Notes under the pieces: model-generated | What the model saw: only the letters and a program-made list of their open reading frames with translations | The model's database searches: none | Told to the model about the DNA's origin: nothing | Source of the DNA: Cenococcum geophilum | Taxonomy: Eukaryota | NCBI GenBank assembly: GCA_050273025.1 | Contig: CP158636.1 | Coordinates: 12,338,001-12,402,000 of the forward strand | DNA length: 64,000 nt | Reading direction: 5' to 3' | Made by a program: the position numbers and the translations under genes | Shown here: positions 40,101 through 53,396 of the stretch, piece by piece | Layout: each line of letters begins with the position of its first letter | Position numbering within the stretch: the stretch's first letter is position 1

Positions 40101-43100
40101 GCTTAGATATGCGAGGGTCTTATTAATTAAGGGGAGAGGGTACCGATCCTTTTAGGCAATAGTGTTTAACTTTTAATAGTTAATATAAAAACGTAGGCCT
40201 CCGTTATGCTTTTTTATAAATAGGATAAGTAAAGTAAAAGGGGCTTAACTTGGCTTAATAAACCCTTTATTAAGGTTATTAATTAAGTACTGCTTTATTA
40301 CTTTTAGCTTATCCGTTAATTATTAGTAGAGAGGGTTAAAGCCTAGCAAGTTATTGGCTTCTAATTAAATTTTATAGTTATACGTCTAGTGAGGTAGTAA
40401 CGTATCTAAAGCTGTCTTTAAGAATGCGTCCTTATAATTTACGTAGATAGTAAAAAGAAGGTATTTAACTAGTTCCTCATCAGTTTTCTTAGCTAGCTTT
40501 TCCTCCCTATTATTAATAATTTAATTAATCTTATATAGGCTTGTTATAAAGACCTTATTACCCTTCCAGTATATATTAAAGTGGAACGCTATAGCGTTAA
40601 TTACGGTAATGTCTACTATAGGGGGGCTATATAATAATAAGGACGTATACGACTTTAGGGGCTTTTAGGGTATTAGTGCTATTATTACTCCTTTTAGCTC
40701 CTATTGCATCTTTCGCAGATTATCCTTTATATTCTATTAGTACATTCTTTTCTATACCGGTCAGGTTTGCGTAATTTAAACGTTAACTATATTACTATCT
40801 ATCCCGCTTCTATATATAGAGTCCCTTTTAAATATAGCGCTTTAGGAGAGTATCTATATTAGTATAGAATTCTTTTTAGCTTCGCGTTAGGGGTTTTTTT
40901 AGGCGAAGGCTAGGTTACGGGCCTAGATATCCTGCTAGTAGGTAGGGTTAGCCTTCGCGGCTAGTATTTTACGGTCGGTTTGAATTTCTCTAATAAAGGA
41001 GGGTATCTTCGGTCTATCCTTTGGCTAGATAAACTATCTTTGCTATACATTTAGCTAAATATTAAAGTAGGACATTTATTTTCGGCTAAGGATTATATTG
41101 TGGGACCCTAGGTCTAGGATATAAAATAGGATACTATATTGGCGTCGTCCATTAAGAGAAATATATAACTTTAAGACGTGGGTAACTGCTTGGCCTACTT
41201 GGCCGTTATAGCCTTTTACCTAGATAGGCTTCTCTAGTAGGGTAGCTTTTATATTTAGAAACTTAGCAATATTAATTATATAGGTAGTATTTATAAAGGT
41301 AAAGCTATTTACTCTAGTATTAATAAGGGCGGTTGTGTTAACTTTATATCTATTTTAAGATACTATATATAGAACCGTAAAGTGTTTTCCACCTATTAAC
41401 TAACTTAGATTAATTTCTTTAAGATTAATAGGGTACCCTAGGGGGGAGTCTTTCCCTAGGGTTCTTCTTTTCCTAACTTATCAGATATTTCTCCTTCCTC
41501 TATCTCCTTAATATTGCCTATATCCTTTAGCTCTAGGCAAAATAAGGTAAAGTAACCCTCCTTATTATAATTATAGCACGTAGCTAAGGAAGGGTTAATA
41601 AGAGTATTGCGATAAGTACTAGTTAATGGCATAGTATATAGCTAGTTAGGCGAGGCTTACTAGTACATAGTTATAACTGCTTTTAGCGTAAAAATAGTTA
41701 TAGCTTATTTTCCTACTCTAGCTCTTATAGGTGTGGCTAATAAGTTCTAATTACTATGGAGTTGCTTCTACTAATTAGGGTAAGTATTAATCCGCTTTAG
41801 TTCTAAGTCCAATAATAAGCAATAAGCTGCGAGTTTTTTTTATAGGTTAGTAGGTTATCTAAGGTTATAGCAATCTTTTTTTATAGCTGGATTATTAGCT
41901 TAATATATGGGTCTAATTAGTAGTTGTTAAGGGGAACCTAGCCTTCTCCCGTAAGGTATAGGAATTAAGTCTAAAATTTAGTAAAGGGTTAGTTTAGTTT
42001 TATTATTAGGCGATTATAGTTATACTAGATATCCTATACTTTATTTAGGTTAATATAAATAGCCGCTAGGTGCCGTATTATCTTATTAATAAAAGTAAAT
42101 TAGATAGGAGAGTTATCCTTAAACTTAGCTTAAAGGTGCCGTTAGGCGTCCCTAGTGGTTTAACTAAAGAGGTAGAGCTTTTTGGCTTCTTTGGAAAGGA
42201 AATAGTTATAGTTAATGCGGAGCTTTCCTTATACTTAAATCCTCTAATTTTTAAAGGTAGGGTCTATTTTATTAGATAGTGGTTAGGGGTTAGGGAGCTT
42301 AATAGACTTTAATTACTTTATTATTATATCCATACTCCCTAGTATATTATATTTAGTAGAGTAAACAGGTCGGCTAAGGCTTTAAAAAGGGGAAGTTAGG
42401 CTATTTTATAGGGCTGTAAGGCTTTCTAGGATCTCTTATAAGGTCTTTTATATATTCCTTACTTTAAGATAATTGGCTTTCTAGCTAGCTATAAGGGCGC
42501 GAATCTGCTCGCGTATGTCTATAGCGTTATTATTGTCTTTAATTTCTAATCCTAACTAGATCTCGGGTTCCTTTTAGGTAGAGATAGCTCTCTTAAATAA
42601 GCTTACTTTAGGTGCCATTATTAGCTTTCTAGGGTTTATTAGTATTATATACTTTAGTTTTAATTTTAGGGGTACAAATCTAATCCTATCTAGCTTATAA
42701 AGTAGGATATTATTAAGGCCTTCCTAGGTAGTATAGAGTTATTTTAGTATCTAAGTGTAGCGCGTTAACGCGTTATTATAGATAAAGTTTCTTTTTTTGG
42801 GGGTAGGATATTATTAAGGCCTTCCCAGGCAATATAGGGAGAGCTTAGTATAATATAACGGCTTATATAAATGCCTCTAAATTAAAGCTTATAAATTACT
42901 ATTTAATAAAGATACTAAGTTAAGAAGAAGAAGAAAAAGTAGAATTATTAGGGGTAGCAGGTAGATATATCGCGAGGGCCGCTAAGGCGCTAGTGGTAAG
43001 CGGGCCAATAGCGATTTTCCATCCCGGGGATGGAAAATCCTAATTGGCTGAATTTGGGGTCGGCAGAATATGGTAGAATTTAGCAGGTAACGCGCCCTAG

Positions 43101-45290
43101 CACTGTCACAACTATATAAAGCTTAATATTATTTTTATATTAACCGCCTCTATATTATAAAAGAAGACAAATAGCTTACTATATTCCATATCCAGTATAG
43201 ATTATTTAAGTACTTAATAACGCTATTTAGCCTTATAAACGCCCTAAGCTCGTTTTAATATTATATAAATAACACTTTACGTCCCTACCTGAACATCTTC
43301 TATACTGCTTATATTAACGACATCCTAATATATAATAATAACCTAACTAAACATCGGAAATATGTTAATTTTATCCTATAAGCCCTATAAGGAGCTAGTT
43401 TATAATTAAATATAAATAAATACAAATTCTATAAAATAGATGTCCTATACCTTAGGCTTCTTATTTCTATAAACGGTATATAAATAGATCTAAAGAAGGT
43501 TAAAGTAATTATAAACTAGCTAGAACCTAAGAACGTTAAGGATATAAGAGCCTTTATAAGATTTGCTAACTTCTACTAATAGTTTATTAATAACTTCTCT
43601 ATGCTAGTTTTACCCCTTATAGCTTTAACCTAAAAAGATAAAGCCTTTATCTTTAATAAGGAATATAAGAAGGCCTTTACTTATCTAAAAGTTATATTTA
43701 CTACCGCATCTATACTCTAATATTTTAACCTAAACTAAATAAGTGTTATAGAAGCCGATTTATCTAACTACGTTATTAGAGGTATCCTATCTTAGTATAA
43801 TAAGGATAGAGTATTACACCCTATAGTATACTTTTAAAATAACTAAGCCTAGCTAAATGCAACTATAAAATTTACGATAAGAAATTACTGGTTATTATTA
43901 AATATTTTAAATAATAGTAACCTAAACTAGAAGGCGCTGGATTTTTAATTAAGGTCCTTAGCAACTATAAGAATCTATAGTACTTTATAACCATAAAATA
44001 GCTAAGCTATTATTAGGCCCGCTAATTAGAATATCTATTTTATTTCCAATTTTTAATTATATACCACCTAAGCGTCTAAGGTTAGAAGCCTAATATCCTA
44101 ACTTAGCGTTTATAAGAAGCGCGCTTTTACCGAAATTAGACCCTACTTTCCCCTAAACTATTTAACCTACCTACTAAAGATCTTATAGTATACGTCCTTA
44201 AAATAACTAATTAACTAATTAAATAGATTATAGTTAATAAATACCTAAATAATAAGTTTATTTAAGAGACGCTTAAGCTAATATAAGATAGCATTAAATG
44301 CTCTAAAAGGATTTCCCTAAGTAAATACAAAGTTTATAAAGACTGCTTATACTACTAAAACCGCCTAGTTATACCTAACCACAACGAACTTAAGCTTAAG
44401 CTCCTTAAACATATATATAACCTACTAATAGCCAGCTACCCGGGCTAAAAAAAACCCTTAAAACCACTCTAATAAGAATACTATTAGCTAAATATATATA
44501 ACACGACATAAAGGTACATCTTTAGCTACTATACCTACTAACGAGCTAAAGCTTTATATAAGACGTATAACAGCCTCCTAAGGCTACTACCTATTCCGGA
44601 CTAAAGATAAAAAAAATATCTTAATTAACTTTATTATTAATCTCCCTATAAGTAAAGGCTATATAAATAATATAGTAGTTATAGACCAACTATCTAAGAT
44701 AAGACACTTAATCGCCTGCTCTAATATATTAATACCTACTATTGCCTAACTATTCCTGGATTATATATAGAAACTTTATAGACTTCCTAAAATAATTATC
44801 TCTAATAAAGGCAGCTAGTTTATCTCTATATTCTGGAAAAAACTAACCACCTAACTCTATATTACAGCACTGCTATTTACTATATATTACTTAGAAACGG
44901 ATAGTTAAATAAAACGTGTAAATGCTATAATAGAATAGTATATTTAAATATACACGTCGTATTTATAGAATAATTAGATTAACTAGCTTATATTTACCAA
45001 GTTTACTACAAATAATTCCGTCTTAAAAACTATAAAGGTCTCACTATTTCTAGCTAACTATAGCTAGTACCTATAAATAGGTTTTAAACCCTCTAGTAAT
45101 ATTCCTTACCCTGCTTATTATACCTTATAAGTTATAGAAGTAAGCAAATTTATAGAGAAGATAGAGGAACTATAATAGTTCCTTACTAATAAAATAATAT
45201 AGGCCTAATCTATTTATAAAGCCGTAGCGAATAAGAAATAAACCCTAGCACTAGCCTACTAAATTAGTAACTTTATCTAGCTAAATATAT
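34175..45290 (+). mobile_element. Ty3/Gypsy element (outer), interrupted in RT by a nested Gypsy and cut after integrase by the DNA transposon at 45291
   Basis: Putative 5' LTR 34175-34542 (TATTACAG...CTGTAATA); de-RIPped LCFKCGSKDHISKHC (~35488), ILIDTGASG (~35874), GGLRFCVDY (~36991), AYIDDILI (~43307), EADSSDY (~43751), integrase core (~44620-44950); 3' LTR not in window. Confidence 0.88.
37108..43110 (-). mobile_element. Full-length Ty3/Gypsy chromovirus nested in the RT of the outer Gypsy
   Basis: 257-bp LTRs 37108-37364 and 42854-43110; TSD ACTAT at 37103-37107 and 43111-43115; PPT on minus at 37365-37379; YLDDI (~39877-39892); chromodomain SWVGYDEDPEWYPASNF (~37550-37600). Confidence 0.95.
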
Positions 45291-48200
45291 CGGGAAAATA
45301 TTCGCAGGATAAGATTTAAGTAAACTTTGTTTAGCGCGTTTTGCGTAATTAATATACAATTGACTAACTTAACACGCAATTAACCAACTTAATATGCAAC
45401 TTAACTAACTTAATACGTAATTAACTAACTTAATATGCAACTTAACTAACTTAATACGCAATTGACCAACTTAATATATTTAAAAGCTAACTGCACATTC
45501 CTTAACATGCAATTAAGGTAATATAATATATTATTTTAAAGTTATATACCAATTGCGTAAATAATTTTTTACTATTTTCTTAGCCTGTAGTATATACCAG
45601 CTTATAATATATATTAGAATTAAAATAATTTTATACAATTTTATATAATCTTATATATTCTTATATAGTCCTATATAGTCTTATATAGGTTTATTATTAT
45701 ATTATATATTATAGGTTCTATGCTAGCTTAGCTGCTTTTGCTATTTGTCCTAGCTTCTATATAATAACGCGATATAAGTTCCTTCTTTAAAAAAGTTATC
45801 CAAGTATAGAGTATTATATTAGTCCTAATTAATATAATTATTAACGTAGTACAGATCTGGATAAGAAGTAGCGGCTAGAATAATATGAGCGCTTTATAGA
45901 ATAGGTAGCATTAAATAAAAGCGACCACCTCTAAGTACTTGCCTAGTATTTACGCTTAAGCGCGGCCACCTTTTCACCTTAACTATGCCGTGTGTTGGAT
46001 GCGGCAGTCTATAATTTAATAGCTAAAGTAGCTCTACTATAGCTCTAGTATACTATATATATATACCGTACTTATCTAACCTTTTAATATCTAGAATAGT
46101 AATAATTAGCTAAAGCTGGCCTATAAGTCTTCCACTTAACGGCGTGCGGCCCTTTTTAATACGGTCGCCGTTATCCATATACTCTTAAACCTATACGTAA
46201 TTACGCCTCTACTAGTTAGAATATTGCCAATTTAGTATATAACGTACTACCTTACTAATTTAGCCCTTAAGGTCAGTTGTATTTTTTCCGTCTTATTTTT
46301 AACAGTAAATAAATGGATGTATTTTAATAAGCAGGCGCTTAACCTATAAGGGGTCCTTCTTTTTCTGGTCTATATTAGAGTTTTAGGCATGTTTACCTTA
46401 TAGTTTTTGCCTATACTCTTAGACAAATACCGTAATGCCGTTTAGAAACCCTGGGATTTTGTATTAGTTTGCTATATAAGATATATAAAGCCACGTCTTT
46501 AACCTAAGACGCCTCTAGATAAGATCTATTGCCCTATTTATATCTTCTAAAGGCTACCGAAGCTTTATAATTACTAAATACTATATTAGTTAAGTAACCT
46601 ATACCTCTAGATACTAGGAAGACTATAGTATAGAATTACTATTTATAAAAGCTATTTCGTTTTCTATTACTAGTATTGCTACCCATCTTAAATTATAAGA
46701 GTAGATTTAAGATAGCGAATCCTGTTTATTTATTAAGTTATAAAACGCCTTAATAATATAATAGTGTCTAGCTTCGCTATTTGCGCCAATATAGTACCTA
46801 TCTACGCATCTATATAGGCGGATATTTTCCTTAAAATGTATAAGGGCATAGAATTTTGGTATATTAAAATGGCCTATATTAGAATCCTTTACCTTTAGAC
46901 AGAAACCTTAAAATACGCCTTTAAGCATATTAATTTAATATAGGGCATATTGTATATATCGTAGTGTCTCCTTATCGTAGGTATAATACTAAGCTATAAT
47001 AACAAAGTTATATACAGCTCTTATAAAATGCATAGCATATAGTTCCCTAGACAATAGTAATAGGGCTAGTATAGCGATAAGTTAACGAACTATGGCTTTT
47101 TGTTTATTACCTATCTATTAAGTAACTTTACTAAATAATAGATTATTAAACCGTTTTAGCCTTATAAAAGCTAGGATTTATCTAAAACGCTAATTAAGCT
47201 AAGCCTCCGCAGATATATTTATTGTAGTTATCTTTATCCCTCTTCTCTTTCTTTTTAGCTGGATAATATTGCCTACTAGTTTCCGTACCCATTTAATAAG
47301 TTATATAATAATACCCTTTAAAAGCTGATGTAGAATATCTACTATTATACCCTTATAGATGTTAAATAGGCGATAATACTACGCGAAATATTCTACTAGG
47401 TATACCGAGTTGTTTAAGAATAAAAGAATATTCTCTAGTTGTTAGCGTTTAATCTATCTTCTTATCTCCTTATAGGTGCGTAGCGGGTATTATTTCTTAG
47501 TTAAGTTTTTACGCTTTAAAGGGGGGACCTAATATATAGTATAGTGCTGTCAGCTTTTGACACCTATAAGCAGCACTTATTCTTTATAGTCTATCATTAT
47601 TCTATATATAATTGGATAATATTATTACACAAAATTATCCATATATTAAAGGTCTACGCCGCTTTCTATAAGATGCTTAATTACTATTATATTTTAGTTA
47701 ATAGAATATAGCATTAAAATACTAAAGCAGGACTTACGTTTAAGTATAGTTCTTATTACCTTATAATATACTTTACTTTTTATATCGTTATCCTTTTCTT
47801 TAATAACTGGTATAAAGCCGATAAGGATATTTATAGGGGATATCTATTAGCGCCGAACTTGTTAGTTAAGATTACTAATAGTAAGATATACTGGCTAGGC
47901 CAATTTATCGCTATAGTATATTATTAGCTAGGTTTTATTAACTGCTATAAGTATAAGAACTACTATAGCACCACTAGGAAGCTTGCCTTATATCTTTTAC
48001 TACTAGTTACCGCTATATAGCTCGTTATAGACTTAGTGGTTTTTGGCATTATAGAGTCTCTTTAGTATATATACTAGTGCATCTTTAAAGGGTCAATAGA
48101 TAATTAGAAAGGCAATTATATTTATAATATCCTAGTAAAGAATATAGTATTCCCTTTACTTAGAGCCTTTAACCTTTAATTCTACCTTATACTCTAATTA

Positions 48201-48634
48201 GAGCTATTATTCGTCTTATATACTAAATAAAATAGTAATAATTAGTTCTTCCTATTAATTTGTAGATTAGAAGCTAAGTAGGCTATAAAGTAAGCTAAGG
48301 CGGGTGTCTTTAAGTAGTATATTAACGTCTCCCTTTATACAGCAAATGCGGTGCAGCTATATTAAAAAGGCGTAATTAAACTCCGAATAAAAAGGATTGT
48401 ATAGTGTACTTTAGCTATTATTGTGTTATAATATAGTAATATCTAAAATTATCTGGCTAACTTACTATATATTATTATCGGTCTCGCATAAAATTAGTTT
48501 ACCCGCCTTTATATTCTTAGTTGCTTTAAATATCTCTACTTTAAGTAATAATAATAACGATATAACGCTTTTTTAATATAGTATACCGCACAGAGGTACC
48601 AGATAGGTATTCTGCTTATATTCTACTACTATAT
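45291..48634 (-). mobile_element. Plavaka/CACTA(CMC)-like DNA transposon: one terminus plus transposase; the other end is not found in the window
   Basis: Terminus CGGGAAAATATTCGCAGGATAAGATTTAAG with subterminal repeats, the reverse complement of the right end of the 6938 and 48635 elements; adjacent transposase pseudogene. Confidence 0.8.
45750..48600 (-). pseudogene. Plavaka-family transposase pseudogene
   Basis: De-RIPped minus-strand motifs in the expected order: ELYSGDWW (~48000-48025), LPSGATVVPILMAVDKTQL (~47930-47982), GDKLAWPVYLTIGNL (~47868-47912), ILIGFIP (~47808-47832), DYEEQVLLTGVK..HCTICQVP (~47525-47595), DILHQLLKG (~47316-47342). Confidence 0.82.
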
Positions 48635-51208
48635 CGGCAAAATATGGTACCCTTTCAATGGCCTTAATAGTTGGTGGTTAACGCAATTGGCGCGCAGTTG
48701 AGGGCATTTAACAACTTGACCGACTAGCCTATATCGTGTTTTTTTGACACGCAGCCTGCGCGCAGCCTACGCGCAACCTGCGCGTAACCTGCCAGCAATC
48801 TACGCATTTAGCAACCATAATTATATTTACCTCTTTTATACTAATAATATATTTTAAATAAATAAAAGCTATTTTAAAGCTATTTATAAGGCTAGTAAAA
48901 TAAATATTATTATTTTAGATAATTTAATATAATACAGCGATGGTTCTCTTCTACCTATCTACCTATTGACTTACCTACCTGCCTGCATCGCCTACCTATT
49001 TACATCGCCTACCTATCTACATCTACCTGTCTGCATTTGCCTACCTATCTACATCTACCTACCTATCTATATTTACCTACCCGTTAGTATTTACCTACCT
49101 ATTTACATCTGCTTACCTATCTGCATCTACCTACCTATTTATATCTACTTATTTATATCTACCTACCTATCTATATCTGCCTACCCGTTAGCATCTACCT
49201 ACCTATCTATATCTGCTTGCCTATCTGCATTTACTTACCTATTTGCATTTACCTACCTATCTATATCTGCTTACCTATTTGTATTTACCTACCTATTTAT
49301 ATCTACCTACCCGTTAGCATCTACCTATTTATACCTACCTGTCTATACTACCTTAATTCAATTAATTAATTAAATCGTTTATAGTGTTGGCTGGCTAGTT
49401 GTTGTCGTCTAGCTCTAGTGACGGTTATCTAGTTCTGGCGACGGTTGTCTAGTTCTAGTAACGGTTATTTAGCTCTAGCAATAGTCGTCTAGTTCTAGTA
49501 ACGGTCGTCTAGTTTTAGCGACGATCGTCTAGTTCTAGTAATAGTTGTCTAGTTCTGGTAACGGTCGTCTGGCTAGTAATAGTTATCTAGTTTTAGCGAT
49601 AGTTATCTGGTTCTGGCGACGGTTATCTAGTTCTAGTAACGGTTATCTAGCTAGCAACAGTTATCTAGTTCTGGTGACGATTGTCTGGCTCTAGCAACGG
49701 TTATCTAGTTCTAGTAACGGTCGTCTAGCTAGTGACGGTTGTCTAGTTCTAGCGACGGTTGTCTAGCTCTAGTAACGGTCGTCTGGTTCTAGTAACGATT
49801 ATCTGGTTTTAGTAACAGTTATCTAGTTCTAGCGACGGTTGTCTAGCTCTAGCAACAGTTATTTAGTTCTAGTAATGGTCGTCTAGCTAGTAACAATTGT
49901 CTAGTTCTGACGACGGTTATCTAGTTCTAGTAATAGTTGCCTAGCTGGCGACGGTCGTCTAGTTCTGGCAATAGTTATCTAGTTCTGGTAATGGTTATCT
50001 AGCTAGCGACGGTTATCTAGTTCTAGTAATAGTTGTCTAGCTAGCGACGGTTATCTAGTTCTAGCGACAATCATTTAGCTCTAGCAACGGTTATCTAGTT
50101 CTAGCAACGGTCGTCTAGCTAGTAATAGTTATCTAGTTCTAGTAACGGTTATCTAGTTCTAACGACGGTCATCTAGTTCTAGTAACGGTTCTCTACTAGC
50201 TGCCGTTCTAGTGCCTCCCTAGGTAGGGAGGATATAAAGAAGGAAGAAAGGGTAAAAAATAAGGTGGCTATATAGGGTAGAGGCATGTGTAAAGGCTATT
50301 GGAAATATAGCAGGGACCTAATACAGAGCTTCGTGTAAAGCCTCTATACGTAGAGCTTCGCGTAGAGCCTTGTGCAGAGCCTCTATACGCAGAGCTTCTC
50401 GTAGAGCCTCGTATAGAGCCTCTGTATGCAGAGCTTCGCGTAGACCCTTGCGTAGACCCTCGCGCAAAGCCTCGTGCAGAGCTTTGTGCAGAGCTTCGCG
50501 TAGAGCCTTATATAGAGCTTCGTACAGAGCTTCGTGCAGAGCCTCTATACGCAGAGCTTTATATAAAGCCTTATGTAGAGCCTTATACAAAGCTTTATAT
50601 AGAGCTTTATACAGAGCCTTTATACATAGAGCTTCGTGCAGAGCCTCTATACGTAAAGCTTCGTATAGAGCTTTATATAGAGCCTTATACAGAGCCTCTA
50701 AGTAATAAGATTATAAGATTATATGAGATTGTATAAGATTGTATAAGATTATATATAATAGTTAAATATATAGTATATAACTTTACCTTAATCGCACGTT
50801 AAGAAATATACAGTTAGCTTTTAAAGTTGTTTAGTAGGTTAACTACGTGTTAAAGGATATATAGTTAGCTTTTAAAGTTGTTAAGTAGGTTAACTGCATA
50901 TTAAGTTAGTTAAATTATATATTAAGTAGGTCAACTGCGTGTTAAGTTAGTTAAATTGCATATTAAGTAGGTTAACTGCGTGTTGAGTTAGTTAAATTGC
51001 ATATTAAGTAGGTCAACTGCGTATTAAGTTAGTTAAATTGTATATTAAGTAGGTTAACTGCGTGTCGAGTTAGTTAAATTGCATATTAAGTAGGTTAACT
51101 GCGTATTAAGTTAGTTAATTACGTGTCGAGTTAGTTAAATTGCATGTCAATTACGCGAAACGCGAAAACTAAAGTCTACTTAAATCTCATCCTGCGAATA
51201 TTTTCCCG
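48635..51208. mobile_element. Non-autonomous TIR element with four tandem arrays (copy 2)
   Basis: AT|CGGCAAAATATGG...ATATTTTCCCG|AT (candidate 2-bp TSD AT); colinear with 6938-9366 but with different array lengths. Confidence 0.88.
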
Positions 51209-53075
51209 ATGTACTAGAGCGTACTTGTTAGTATCTATATTTATACTATCTGGTTACAATCGCGCGTTATCTAACTAGTAAGAGTGGTGGAATTAATCGC
51301 GAATTATAAGCAGTTGGGCCGTAATAAATATACGAGTATTATATCTCTCTTTACGTGCTTTTTTATAGACATATTAGTAGCTAGGTAGCCGCCTTTTATA
51401 GCACTATAGATATTAGTAAAGGCCGCTATAACTTTTAGGGATATAAAAACACCATAGACAGCTCCGCTGTATTATTGCTAATTATATATTAAATAATATG
51501 ATATTGTTTTTAGGCGTAAAGAGTGTATATTATAGTACTAATAGTTAATTGCCGGTATTTAATCTATATAAGTGGCTTAGCTTTATAGCTGCTAAGAGTA
51601 TACCTTTTATTTTCTCGCTAGAACTAGTTATACTAAAGTATAAGTATAACTAGCCTAATACCGAGTTTAAGGACTTAAAAGAGTCTAAGGTAGCCAAACT
51701 ATACGCTAAAGTATAAGTATAACTAGCTTAACACTAAGCTTAATACTAAGTTTAAGGACTTAAAGAGTCTAAAGCAGCAGAACTAGATACTATAAATTAA
51801 AGACTTAATAGTACCTAAAAAACCTTTATCCGTCTAAATAATAATATACAGTATTCTTAGGCAATGGCTATAGGACTATAGTTATGGCGAAGATATTATT
51901 TACTACTAATATTATAGAGCCCGGTGATATTAGCTATCTAGACTTGCAAATTCTATTATTTCTATATAAGCCGTAATAAGAAAAAAAGGGAAGATTAAGG
52001 GTAGTACTAGTTAAGTTAAGATAACTAAATAAGTTAGTACTTAAAACTATAATATCTGGTCTTAGGTATATAGAGTTCTAACTAATATCTAACTTAAGCT
52101 GCCGCCCGGAAGTCTTATATTCGTTATTAGGGTAACGCTAAAGAGCTAGGCCAGATAATGGGTATTAGTAATAATATAGATAATTTAAAGCCCGTAAAGT
52201 AATTAAATAAAAAACCCATGTTTTATAGGCTAACTGCTTATCTTTAACGGCTTTTAAAAGTTTATTTTTAGAATTCCTTTTAATATCTCCAGTTTCCTAT
52301 TAAATAGACATATTAGCACGAGCCTATATACTACTAGGGTGCGGAGAGCTAAAATATAATTAGAGCTCTTTAAATAATTTGCTAGAAAAGAATAGGTTAT
52401 TTAAATTAGCCTATAGATTAGCTAGCTTAACCTTAATATCCTACCCTAGCTTATAAAGATTAGGGCCATCTCTACCTAGTATACCACCGTCAATCTGCGT
52501 ATTAGTATATCCTTTATTTATAATAGCTAAAGAGGCTTTAAGTGTCTAGTCTCTAAAAGGTATTATAATACGGCTTTTAAGAGAGCCTACTCTGCGCTAG
52601 GGCACCAGACGCTATATTATAGGTAGAGCTTATAGTAGTCATATAAGGTGGGATACATTTTTAGGCAGTATGCGTTTAGAGAAATTAAGGCTAAGGTAAG
52701 CTTAACGTAGCTATATTTTTAAAGATAAAGAGGCTGTAGTGTCGGTTTAGGTAGCTATAGAAGTTTAAAAGATTAAGTAAATAATAGCAGGAAATAGAAG
52801 AAAAAGGCGCGTAAATAAGAGTACGGTGTTATAGGGCTAGAGTAACAATAGCTATATTATAGATAGCTTAACATACAATTTAGACTACGGGACCTATATA
52901 TAAATAAGTTTAGTAAATATCTTTAATATAAAGCGTAGTAGCTATAAGTAGGATCTAGGATACTAGTTTTAGGTTACCTATATAGTAGATATAACAGCTT
53001 ATCTAAAAAAAAGTTGCTTTGTTAGTGGTATAGCTTAAAAATAGGTTATACTTTAGGTAAAATGGTATCTTAAAG

Positions 53076-53396
53076 CCTTATCTTACGCTTATAGGATAAA
53101 ATACTATATTATATTTTACTTTGTTTTATACAATCTTAGACTTTTTATAATATCTTAGATTATCCCCTACCTCTCTCTACTATATACTTTACCTTATCTT
53201 ACACTTGTAGGATAAAATACTATATTATATTTCACTTTTTTTTATACAATCTTAGACCTTTTATAATGTTTTAGATTATCCCCCTACCTCTCTCTATTAT
53301 ATATTTTACCTTACCTTACGCTTATAGAATAAAATGCCATATTATATTTTACTTTTTTATATAATCTTAGACATTTTTTAATGTCTTAGATTGTCC
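53076..53396. repeat. Tandem repeat, ~2.7 copies of a 116-117-bp unit
   Basis: Unit CCTTATCTTACGCTTATAGGATAAAATAC... restarts at 53076, 53192 and 53309. Confidence 0.85.

Noticed and set aside
45291..51208. Single 5.9-kb element with long TIRs inserted in the Gypsy with an AT TSD
   Set aside because: The sequence after 51210 does not resume the Gypsy integrase C-terminus, and 48635-51208 exists independently at 6938-9366, so nesting is the simpler reading.
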